Under the pieces are notes generated by a model. It searched no databases. It had not been told where the DNA came from and saw only the letters and a program-made list of their open reading frames with translations. Position numbers and translations under genes: made by a program. 62,168 bases of DNA from an uncultured Clostridium sp. (GTDB lineage Bacteria > Bacillota > Clostridia > TANB77 > CAG-508), in NCBI GenBank assembly GCA_964389545.1, contig CAYMDN010000003.1, positions 1 to 62,168 of the forward strand, given 5' to 3'. This document shows positions 1 through 6,877 of the stretch, one piece after another (position 1 is the stretch's first letter; each line of letters starts with the position of its first letter).

Positions 1-70
1 AGTAAAATACTGGCTTTCAAGATATTCAAAAGGGTAAACTGCGGGTAGTCGGAAACAACTATCCGCATAA

Positions 71-119
71 ATAATCCGATGCATTGATATTACTATAATA
101 CATCGGATTATAATTTTTG
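71..119 (+). terminator. Rho-independent terminator-like hairpin: 11-bp stem ATAATCCGATG/CATCGGATTAT, 19-nt loop, then AATTTTTGT
   Basis: Perfect inverted repeat 71-81/101-111 followed by a T-run, read directly. It would end a + strand transcript entering from the left edge of the window. Confidence 0.6.
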
Positions 120-129
120 TGAAATTATA

Positions 130-159
130 TTTTAATGCAATTTTAATGCATTTTATGCA
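130..159. repeat. Three tandem copies of TTTTAATGCA (the third is degenerate, TTTTATGCA) abutting or overlapping the integrase stop codon
   Basis: Direct reading: ttttaatgca a ttttaatgca ttttatgca. Confidence 0.6.
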
Positions 160-1565
160 CACAATTTCATTTTTAGTTTTTGTTTTCCATAATAAGAACG
201 GCAATCTTTTAGCTGTCTATTTCTATATCTTGCAAGTATATGTCCATAAGTTTCTTTGATTTGGCGGTCATCTACATGTCCAAGAATAGCTGCAATAACA
301 AGTAAATCCATTCCTGCTTCAATCATTCTAGTAACAGCAGTATGTCTACACATATGGGTATGGCATCCTTTTGGAAGTTCTAGTTTTACACCTGCTTCTC
401 TACAGATTCGTTTAAATATGTTATTTAAACAACGATGGTCTATATAACTACCATCTAATTGGCAAAACAAAAGATTTTCTTTATTATTTGGATTGCTTTT
501 TGCATTTTTGATTTGGTCTTTTACAATACTAATCATAAGTTCTTCATCAAATATGTCAAAAGGTACAAATCTCTCATCTAATAAGCCTTGTTCTATTTTT
601 TTATGACCTGTTTTAGTAGTATCTCCCATGATAACCTTACCATCATCACAAGATAGAGTTCTGCTTATAACAAATCCATTAGCTTTAAAATCAATATGTT
701 TAGTAATATCAATAGCACCAAGCTCTCCAATTCTAGCTGCAGATAATAATGCACATATAAATAAATTTCTTAATGTTCTTTCATCATAATTACACCTAGA
801 ACTTTTTACCAAAGGTTTAGTTAGTAGGTGTTCCATAAGTTTTCTCTGTTCTTCTACTTCAAATGCTTGTACAGGTTCTTTTTTCTGTAAAGAAACAGGG
901 GTAAAGGTTCGTAACATAGGATTATCTGGATAGGATATTATTTTATCCATTACACATTGCATGAATCCTGCTTTTAGTTTAGCAACAATTTTATCTATTT
1001 CTCCTTGTGATAGATGTCTTATAGAATTAAGAAAATTCTGTATTTCTTCATAAGTAACCTTTTGGACTGGTTTCTTAAAATTCTCCCAATTTTCAATGTA
1101 ATTATAATGGTATTTATCTTTATCTTTAGTATTTTTTATGATTTTTCCTGCTTCAAATTTAACATTACCTATTTTCTTAACTACTTCTATAATAGTGATT
1201 CCATTTTTCTTTACATATGTTTTAGTTTGGATTTGAGCTTCTACATCTTTTTTCTTTTCAACAGATGCAGTTCTAGTAGTCTCATTAGAAACAGTAGTCC
1301 TAGAACCATCATCAAGAGTAATTTGTGCAGGATACCTATTATAACAATAGAAGCGGTCGCAGTAATTCCTTTTTAGACAAGCAGTACATTCCAAACACTT
1401 TTGGCATTTATTTGTTCCACTTCTGTTATTGCATATAGACCAATCATCACAATTTTTACAAATATCACATACAAAATTCAATCGCTTTTCTTTTCTATCT
1501 ATCTTTTGAATGGTATTATAAACAGAGCCTTCTCCATTACCATTCCTTCCAAGTTTTTTTGCCAT
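153..1565 (-). CDS. int: Tyrosine recombinase / phage integrase with a Cys-rich N-terminal region
   Basis: C-terminal catalytic block ...HTHMCRHTAVTRMIEAGMDLLVIAAILGHVDDRQIKETYGHI (H-x-x-R ... H ... Y), with an upstream ARIGEL Arg motif. I moved the start to the ATG at 1565 (MAKKLGRNG...), which follows a GGAGG RBS. The track ORF extends to 1655. Confidence 0.85.
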   Translation of the reverse strand: MAKKLGRNGNGEGSVYNTIQKIDRKEKRLNFVCDICKNCDDWSICNNRSGTNKCQKCLECTACLKRNYCDRFYCYNRYPAQITLDDGSRTTVSNETTRTASVEKKKDVEAQIQTKTYVKKNGITIIEVVKKIGNVKFEAGKIIKNTKDKDKYHYNYIENWENFKKPVQKVTYEEIQNFLNSIRHLSQGEIDKIVAKLKAGFMQCVMDKIISYPDNPMLRTFTPVSLQKKEPVQAFEVEEQRKLMEHLLTKPLVKSSRCNYDERTLRNLFICALLSAARIGELGAIDITKHIDFKANGFVISRTLSCDDGKVIMGDTTKTGHKKIEQGLLDERFVPFDIFDEELMISIVKDQIKNAKSNPNNKENLLFCQLDGSYIDHRCLNNIFKRICREAGVKLELPKGCHTHMCRHTAVTRMIEAGMDLLVIAAILGHVDDRQIKETYGHILARYRNRQLKDCRSYYGKQKLKMKLCA

Positions 1566-1671
1566 AAAAAAACCTCCATTTTTCACATAATTTTTATATA
1601 AAACTATTGAAAAATGGGGGAGTTTTGTATATAATACAAAAGTAAGCACTTTCAATAGTGTTTATACTTTG

Positions 1672-1709
1672 GGATAATGTGTTGAGCGGCAAACTACACC
1701 ACATTATCC
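1672..1709. other. Hairpin with a 10-bp stem GGATAATGTG/CACATTATCC between int and the TM-HIRAN gene. Its loop carries the left copy of the 14-bp inverted repeat.
   Basis: Inverted repeat read directly. The T-rich run lies on the + side only, so this is not a canonical terminator for the minus-strand genes. Confidence 0.5.
1678..1691. repeat. Left copy of a 14-bp perfect inverted repeat, TGTGTTGAGCGGCA
   Basis: Reverse complement of 3286-3299. It is GC-rich in a very AT-rich context. Confidence 0.8.
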
Positions 1710-1713
1710 TCTT

Positions 1714-2178
1714 TTATTTTTTTATTATCAATTTAATTTTTAAGTAATAAACTTTTTTATTTTTTTCATTAACGAATGTGTTTATATCAGCAACATTTAC
1801 ATTCATAATCCTATTATCAGATATTTTGTTACATATTTCAAAAGTATTTTCTGCAGGAATATTACCAAGGATTTTATTGTCTAATGTTTCTACATATACT
1901 GCATCTTGATTTTTATATTTATATGGTACAAGTTTTAATTCTTGTCCAACAGATAATTTGGAAATAAGATTTTGTCTATCTGTTCCATCCTCATTTTTAA
2001 ATGTTACACCAGATATCTTTAAAACCCAAGTTCTAATATTATTAGATGTAGTATTTGTTGTTTCTTTTGAATATGTTGACTTAAGACAAAAATATACAAT
2101 TATCCATATTCCATAAGTGATAAACATTAGAAGTATATTTATCCATAAATATTTTTTATTCATAATAAAATTCTTCAT
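1714..2178 (-). CDS. Small membrane-anchored protein with a HIRAN-like C-terminal domain (prophage accessory gene)
   Basis: N-terminal TM segment (YLWINILLMFITYGIWIIVYFCL). The C-terminal stretch ISGVTFKNEDG..LSVGQELKLVPYKYKNQDAVYVETLDNKILGNIP follows the HIRAN pattern (G-V..., G-x-L-x-L, D-x-A-V-x-V, LG-x-IP). The start ATG abuts the cI stop (TAAATG). Confidence 0.4.
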   Translation of the reverse strand: MKNFIMNKKYLWINILLMFITYGIWIIVYFCLKSTYSKETTNTTSNNIRTWVLKISGVTFKNEDGTDRQNLISKLSVGQELKLVPYKYKNQDAVYVETLDNKILGNIPAENTFEICNKISDNRIMNVNVADINTFVNEKNKKVYYLKIKLIIKK

Positions 2179-2919
2179 TTAATTACTCCTTTCATAGCCA
2201 ATATAACCAATTACTGTACCTAATATTTTAACATTTTCTTTTGGACATGCTTGTGTTTTATATTTAGTAGTATTAGATGACAAAGGTTCTAATAATAATA
2301 AATCTCCTTGTAGAGTAATTTTTCTAATAAGAGTAATATTATCTAAAATAATAAGAGCAATAGTGTCATTTTTTATATTTGAGCTTTTTTTCATTAAGAT
2401 GTAATCGCCTTCTTGATATTTTTTATTCATACTATCATCAGCAATTTTTACATAAAAGAAATTTTGTGGAGAATCTATATTATATAGTTTCGTATCTATT
2501 GTTATATATTCATCTATATATTTATCTACTAATTTGAATCCTTTTTCATTTATTCTACTATAAACAGGAATAGGGGATAGAGATTCAATATTATATTTAT
2601 TCATATAATCTAACATTTTTTTCTTTTTCTCTTCTAAAGTCAATGCATTAGATTTGTTTCTAACTGTATCATAATCTTTATAATTTATATGAGATTTATT
2701 AGGAACATCAGAAACATCATATCCCATTAGCCATGCTTCATTAGTATTTAATGCCATTGCAATTAAGGTAAGTCTCTTTTGAGATGCTTTCCAATCGCCA
2801 GACAAATATCTACTAATGGATGATTTATCAATATGTGTTTTATTTGCTAAATCGATAGGTCTCATATTATTTCTTTTTAAAGCCAAATCTAATCTGTTGG
2901 CAAAGCTATCTATTAACAT
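2179..2919 (-). CDS. CI/LexA-like phage repressor (XRE HTH plus S24 peptidase-like C-terminal domain)
   Basis: HTH segment NMRPIDLANKTHIDKSSISRYLSG. The C-terminal region (VKIADDSM...GDYILMKK...ALIILDN) resembles an S24 LexA/CI autoprotease. I set the start to the ATG at 2919 after a GGAGGTG RBS. The gene is divergent from the cro-like gene. Confidence 0.8.
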   Translation of the reverse strand: MLIDSFANRLDLALKRNNMRPIDLANKTHIDKSSISRYLSGDWKASQKRLTLIAMALNTNEAWLMGYDVSDVPNKSHINYKDYDTVRNKSNALTLEEKKKKMLDYMNKYNIESLSPIPVYSRINEKGFKLVDKYIDEYITIDTKLYNIDSPQNFFYVKIADDSMNKKYQEGDYILMKKSSNIKNDTIALIILDNITLIRKITLQGDLLLLEPLSSNTTKYKTQACPKENVKILGTVIGYIGYERSN

Positions 2920-2938
2920 ATTACACCTCCATATCCGT

Positions 2939-2967
2939 ATTATATAGAAAAGTTGAGAAAAAATCAA
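2939..2967 (-). promoter_or_regulatory. Candidate repressor promoter: -35 TTGATT (2962-2967), 17-nt spacer, -10 TATAAT (2939-2944), minus strand
   Basis: Sigma-70-type consensus read on the reverse complement. The -35 overlaps operator O1. Confidence 0.55.
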
Positions 2968-2968
2968 G
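2952..2968. promoter_or_regulatory. Operator O1: GTTGA-N7-TCAAg
   Basis: 17-bp partial palindrome. It shares the 13-mer AAAGTTGAGAAAA with O2. Confidence 0.55.
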
Positions 2969-2993
2969 CATTTTTGAGATAATAATAAAAAAA

Positions 2994-3010
2994 GTTGAGA
3001 AAACATCAAC
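2994..3010. promoter_or_regulatory. Operator O2: GTTGA-N7-TCAAC
   Basis: 17-bp palindrome centred 42 bp from O1, in the cI-cro intergenic region. Confidence 0.55.
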
Positions 3011-3030
3011 AAAAGAAAGGAGGAATTTAG

Positions 3031-3285
3031 ATGGAAGAAAAAGTGGTATATGACTATAGCAAATTAAGGGGAATAATAAAGGAATATTTTGATACAATAG
3101 ATAATTTTGCAGAGAAAATGAATCTATCTCCAACAGCAGTAATAAATAAGTTGTGCAATCGTAGCCCTTTTAAGCAACCAGAAATTACACTTGCATGTAG
3201 TTTACTAGAAATATCAGATGAAGAAATGCACATATATTTTTTTACACTAAAAGTTGATAAAATATCAACCGATAAAATAATTTAA
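3031..3285 (+). CDS. Cro/antirepressor-like small HTH regulator
   Basis: 84 aa, divergent from the repressor, with an AGGAGG RBS. A helix-turn-helix-like segment is present (FAEKMNLSPTAVINKL). Confidence 0.6.
   Translation: MEEKVVYDYSKLRGIIKEYFDTIDNFAEKMNLSPTAVINKLCNRSPFKQPEITLACSLLEISDEEMHIYFFTLKVDKISTDKII
3253..3269. promoter_or_regulatory. Operator O3: GTTGA-N7-TCAAC, inside the 3' end of the cro-like gene
   Basis: Best palindrome of the three: GTTGATAAAATATCAAC. Confidence 0.5.
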
Positions 3286-3299
3286 TGCCGCTCAACACA
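3286..3299. repeat. Right copy of the 14-bp perfect inverted repeat, TGCCGCTCAACACA
   Basis: Reverse complement of 1678-1691. It begins on the nucleotide after the cro stop codon. Confidence 0.8.
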
Positions 3300-3321
3300 A
3301 AAAATAAAAGGAGGGAGGAAA

Positions 3322-3639
3322 TTGAAAAAGAAGATAGAACCTTCGATGACCTGGGATGAAGCACCAGACACTATTGGTCCAGATGAACTTGCAAAAATTT
3401 TAGGAGTAGGAGAACCAAATGCTAGAAGCAAGTTTGATGAAAAAGGCTTCCCACGAATACCAGGACTAGGAAATTTAAGAAAAGCAGACAAAGAAGCTGC
3501 AAGACTCTATCTACAAGGTATAAACATTAAAACGAATCAAAAAGAAGCAATTACAGGATTATTGCTATTTGAACTAAAAAAGTTAAATACAAAATTGGAT
3601 GAAAGAATGAAGGAGGAAGTAGAAAGTGCGAATTGTTAA
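3322..3639 (+). CDS. Excisionase-like / MerR-type HTH DNA-binding protein
   Basis: TTG start after a GGAGGGAGG RBS. The segment PDELAKILGVGEPNARSKFDEKGFPRIP resembles the excisionase-family HTH. Its position after cro is typical for xis. Confidence 0.5.
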   Translation: MKKKIEPSMTWDEAPDTIGPDELAKILGVGEPNARSKFDEKGFPRIPGLGNLRKADKEAARLYLQGINIKTNQKEAITGLLLFELKKLNTKLDERMKEEVESANC

Positions 3640-3922
3640 TAAAAGAAAATTCACAAAAAGTATTTTGATTTTAATATTCATTATAGTAATTACTACCATT
3701 TGCATTAGTCAAATCTTTAATAAACCAAAATATAACATAGAAACAATAGATTATATCGTTTCAAAAAATGAAACATTATGGAGTATAGTAGAGCGATATA
3801 AAAATCCTAATCAAGACATTAGGGATTACATAGATAAAATAAAAGAGCTTAACAATATGAAAACAGCTACTATATATGAAGGACAAGCAATAACAATAAT
3901 AATTTATGAGGAGGTAAAGTAA
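3626..3922 (+). CDS. Membrane-anchored LysM domain protein
   Basis: N-terminal TM (ILILIFIIVITTICI). LysM-like segment YIVSKNETLWSIVERY...IKELNNMKTATIYEGQAITI. GTG start after AAGGAGG. Confidence 0.6.
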   Translation: MRIVNKRKFTKSILILIFIIVITTICISQIFNKPKYNIETIDYIVSKNETLWSIVERYKNPNQDIRDYIDKIKELNNMKTATIYEGQAITIIIYEEVK

Positions 3923-3923
3923 G

Positions 3924-4202
3924 ATGCCACTAAATGATGAAATTTTAGATAAAATTAGATATTTATATGAAGTAGCAAGTCATGTAAAGGAATACTGGAT
4001 AAAAATACAACTATGGCAATGTGAAAAGTACCAAAAAAGTACATTAGAGATAGACATGTATACATTTTTAGATGATGACAAACAAAAAACTTTATATGAA
4101 ACAATAATTGAATTAAATGAGCCAAAAGCGGAGAAAAAGATACAACAGACTATAGACAATATAAAAGAGCTAATCACTAACACCGAAAATGAGAATGATT
4201 AA
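3924..4202 (+). CDS. Hypothetical phage protein
   Basis: ORF packed into the early operon. No domain recognised. Confidence 0.5.
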   Translation: MPLNDEILDKIRYLYEVASHVKEYWIKIQLWQCEKYQKSTLEIDMYTFLDDDKQKTLYETIIELNEPKAEKKIQQTIDNIKELITNTENEND

Positions 4203-4286
4203 CTCTATATAGAAATATTTTTGCAAACACTTCTATTGCTTATTATAGCACAATGGCAGTAGAAGTCAAGCGGAAAGGAGAAAAAA

Positions 4287-5156
4287 GTGCATGATATAAA
4301 GCAAATCAATTACATTAAGCAGCTCAATGAGTTCTATTCTATTTTGGACTATAAGCCTTTATCATCTAATGCTATATCTTTATATGGATTTTTATTGCAT
4401 GTAGCAAATAAGACTGGTTGGCTTAATGAGTTTAGAGTAGCCAATACTACGATTATGAGCAAATGTAAATTGAATACATCTGCATTGCAAAGAGCTAGGA
4501 TGGAGCTAATAAATAATGGGTATATCAAGTACAAAAAAGGAAGTAACCAAAACGAAATGCCTAGATATAGCTTGGTTATATTGTATTTTGAACAAGCAAA
4601 TGCACAAGCAAATGCACAAGCGAATACACAAGCAAATGAACAAGCAGACAATCAAGCAGAAGATATACCGAACACTACACCGAACACACAACCAGGCGAA
4701 CACAATAGTAAACAAAACAATACATTACAAAACGAAACTAATAAACTAAACCAAACTAAACTAAACATGTTTTTTAATTATATTTCTAATGGAGAAGCGG
4801 AGTTCGATGGGATAAGCTCATCGCAAAAGCAGGGCATCATTGTAGCTCTACAAAAACTAGAAATATATATAAATCCATCGGTAGATTTGTCTTGCTTACC
4901 ATCAGATTATGTTACAGATGCAAAAATACAATATTGGGTAGTTAAGGAGATATATTTCAGCGAATATAAAGTATTTTTGAATGATTTGACTAGAGAAGAT
5001 TTTATGTTTCGATATTTGAAAACTAAAAAATATATGGAAATGGCAACAAGAGGATACGATGTAGAGGAATTTGTAAGCTATTTCATTACATGTCTACATG
5101 ATGAAATGAAAGGAGAAAAAAATGTGGATAAAACAAGAAATAGGAAGATGGTGTAG
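4287..5156 (+). CDS. Putative phage replication initiator / replisome organiser (DnaD-like winged helix at the N-terminus)
   Basis: The N-terminal stretch LSSNAISLYGFLLHVANKTGWLNEFRVANTTIMSKCKLNTSALQRARMELINNGYI resembles phage replisome-organiser/DnaD N-domains. It contains a QANA repeat linker and sits in the replication-module position. Confidence 0.45.
   Translation: MHDIKQINYIKQLNEFYSILDYKPLSSNAISLYGFLLHVANKTGWLNEFRVANTTIMSKCKLNTSALQRARMELINNGYIKYKKGSNQNEMPRYSLVILYFEQANAQANAQANTQANEQADNQAEDIPNTTPNTQPGEHNSKQNNTLQNETNKLNQTKLNMFFNYISNGEAEFDGISSSQKQGIIVALQKLEIYINPSVDLSCLPSDYVTDAKIQYWVVKEIYFSEYKVFLNDLTREDFMFRYLKTKKYMEMATRGYDVEEFVSYFITCLHDEMKGEKNVDKTRNRKMV
4593..4664 (+). repeat. Six tandem 12-bp units (CAAGCAAATGCA and variants) inside the replication gene
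   Basis: Read directly: caagcaaatgca x2, caagcgaataca, caagcaaatgaa, caagcagacaat, caagcagaagat. Three (C/G)CGAACAC repeats and an AAACTA-rich tract follow, up to ~4765. Confidence 0.85.
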
Positions 5157-5418
5157 TAGGGAAACCATACCAAAATATGTGAAATACAAAAAGAAACAAG
5201 ATAGAAGTCATCTAGTGAATTATAAACAACAAAAAGACTATGAATATTACAAATGTGATTATTGTGGAGAAGAGATTATTATAAAAGATAAATCAGAGGA
5301 GCAAGATGGAGGAATTGCAATATTACCAAACACAATAACAAACAGAGGAAATATAAAAATTGCACTACATAATAAATGCTTGAATCCTTTGTTAAAAAAG
5401 ATAGAAGAGGAGGGATAA
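5122..5418 (+). CDS. Hypothetical phage protein with a CxxC...C zinc-ribbon-like motif
   Basis: Strong AAAGGAG RBS. Motifs CDYCGEE...HNKC. Overlaps the previous gene by 35 nt. Confidence 0.5.
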   Translation: MWIKQEIGRWCSRETIPKYVKYKKKQDRSHLVNYKQQKDYEYYKCDYCGEEIIIKDKSEEQDGGIAILPNTITNRGNIKIALHNKCLNPLLKKIEEEG

Positions 5419-5422
5419 GCTA

Positions 5423-6103
5423 GTGAAAGAAAAAATCATAGAGAAGATAAAAAAAGCATTGGCTCTTGCAAATAACAACAAGAATCCTAACGAAGCACAA
5501 GCAGCAATGTTGATGGCTCAAAAAATGATAGCAAAATATCATATAGAGATGCAAGAAGTAGAAGATGTAGAAGAAGCGGAAGTACAAGAGGATGAAGTGA
5601 ATGTCAAAAAAGGTAGTTGGAGAAAATCGCTAATGAAGGTAATTTGCAACAACTATAGATGTGATTGCTTTTTAAGAGGAACTACTGGAAAAAGGATAAT
5701 AATTGTTGGAGCTAAAGAGGATATAGAAATAGCAAAAACAATATATGAATTTGCAGAAAATCAGTTGCTAGATGGATTTAATAACTATTTCAAAAATAAT
5801 TATGAGGAATATACAGAAATACAAATAAAAAATGCTGTAAGAAAAGACTATGCAGGTGGATTCATTAGAGGTCTAAAAGAAAAGTTTGCAAGGCAGAAAG
5901 AAGAGGAAACAAAGAAAAATCAACAATATGCATTAGTAGTAACAAACAAAAAAGTAGAGGAATATATGGAGAATCTAAATATTAGAGGTCATTATAGACC
6001 AAGAGAAAATAGTTCTTTTATAGACCCGTATGCATTTGTAAACGGTAGAGACAAAGGATTAAATATGCGAGATTTACATTCTTGCATCGAGGAGGGAAAT
6101 TAA
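5423..6103 (+). CDS. DUF2786-type phage protein
   Basis: The N-terminal stretch KIKKALALANNNKNPNEAQAAMLMAQKMIAKY is the typical DUF2786 signature, as I recall it. Confidence 0.5.
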   Translation: MKEKIIEKIKKALALANNNKNPNEAQAAMLMAQKMIAKYHIEMQEVEDVEEAEVQEDEVNVKKGSWRKSLMKVICNNYRCDCFLRGTTGKRIIIVGAKEDIEIAKTIYEFAENQLLDGFNNYFKNNYEEYTEIQIKNAVRKDYAGGFIRGLKEKFARQKEEETKKNQQYALVVTNKKVEEYMENLNIRGHYRPRENSSFIDPYAFVNGRDKGLNMRDLHSCIEEGN

Positions 6104-6104
6104 C

Positions 6105-6527
6105 ATGGATGAAAAAAGAGTTTATGAATTGGAAATTCAAGAATCTATAACAGGTAAGCAAAGACCTAGGATGAATACATACACAGGAAGAGCCTATACA
6201 CCAACTAAAACAAAAAATTATGAATATCTAGTAAGGCAGTTATTTGTATATAAATATCCACAATTTGTTCCCATAGAGGGGAGAGTTAGGATGACTATTA
6301 CTGCTTATTATGAGTTACCAAATAAGAGAAGTAAATTACAAGAAGCGGAAATGTTGGCAAATATTATAAGTCCAACTAAAAAACCAGATTGGGATAATAT
6401 AGGAAAAATTGTAAGCGATGCATTAAATAAATTCGCATTTAAAGATGATGCACAAATAACAGAAGCTACGATTATAAAGAAGTATGCTAGAACTCCAAGA
6501 GTTTTAGTAAAAATTGAAGAGTATTAG
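6105..6527 (+). CDS. rusA: RusA-family Holliday junction resolvase
   Basis: GKQRPR...YTPTKT...KKPDWDNIGKIVSDALNKFAFKDDAQI matches the conserved RusA D-x-D-N...D-A-L...D-D-x-Q-I pattern. Confidence 0.8.
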   Translation: MDEKRVYELEIQESITGKQRPRMNTYTGRAYTPTKTKNYEYLVRQLFVYKYPQFVPIEGRVRMTITAYYELPNKRSKLQEAEMLANIISPTKKPDWDNIGKIVSDALNKFAFKDDAQITEATIIKKYARTPRVLVKIEEY

Positions 6528-6536
6528 GAGGAAAGT

Positions 6537-6710
6537 ATGGCTAGAAAACCAAGTGATTTTGAGATAAAACCAATAAATCTAGAAAGAACTATTTTAATTC
6601 CTTTATGTGAATATAAAGAATTATTAGTTATAAAAGGTAGATACCAAGAAATAAAAGAATCCAACGAAACATTGACATTAGTAGAAATAGAAGAAAAGGA
6701 GAAGCAATAA
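6537..6710 (+). CDS. Small hypothetical ORF (57 aa), below the ORF-track cut-off
   Basis: ATG preceded by AGGAGG. Translation MARKPSDFEIKPINLERTILIPLCEYKELLVIKGRYQEIKESNETLTLVEIEEKEKQ. Confidence 0.45.
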   Translation: MARKPSDFEIKPINLERTILIPLCEYKELLVIKGRYQEIKESNETLTLVEIEEKEKQ

Positions 6711-6844
6711 TGAAAAATATTTATGAAGAGGTAAGAAGTTTATTTAAGGTATCAGATGCAGCTATTGATATATATAAATATTTAAAAAGTACAATGTTAT
6801 ATGGAAAAGGAGATATTTTATATATCTATGAATCAACAAGATAA
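6710..6844 (+). CDS. Small hypothetical ORF (44 aa), start overlapping the previous stop (TAATG)
   Basis: Translation MKNIYEEVRSLFKVSDAAIDIYKYLKSTMLYGKGDILYIYESTR. Ends 2 nt before the terminator. Confidence 0.35.
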   Translation: MKNIYEEVRSLFKVSDAAIDIYKYLKSTMLYGKGDILYIYESTR

Positions 6845-6846
6845 AA

Positions 6847-6877
6847 TAGAAGCTACAAATTTTATTTGTAGCTTCTA
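6847..6877. terminator. Bidirectional intrinsic terminator: 12-bp stem TAGAAGCTACAA/TTGTAGCTTCTA
   Basis: Perfect hairpin with T-rich flanks on both strands. It lies between the convergent island and the nifS operon. Confidence 0.8.

Noticed and set aside
1-48. Possible 3' end of a + strand CDS or RNA entering from the left edge. Frame 1 is open to the TAG at 46-48, and a G-U-containing hairpin GCGGGTAG/CTATCCGC lies at ~41-66.
   Set aside because: Only ~15 codons are visible, so no family can be assigned. It does not look like a tRNA 3' end. I left it unannotated apart from the downstream terminator.
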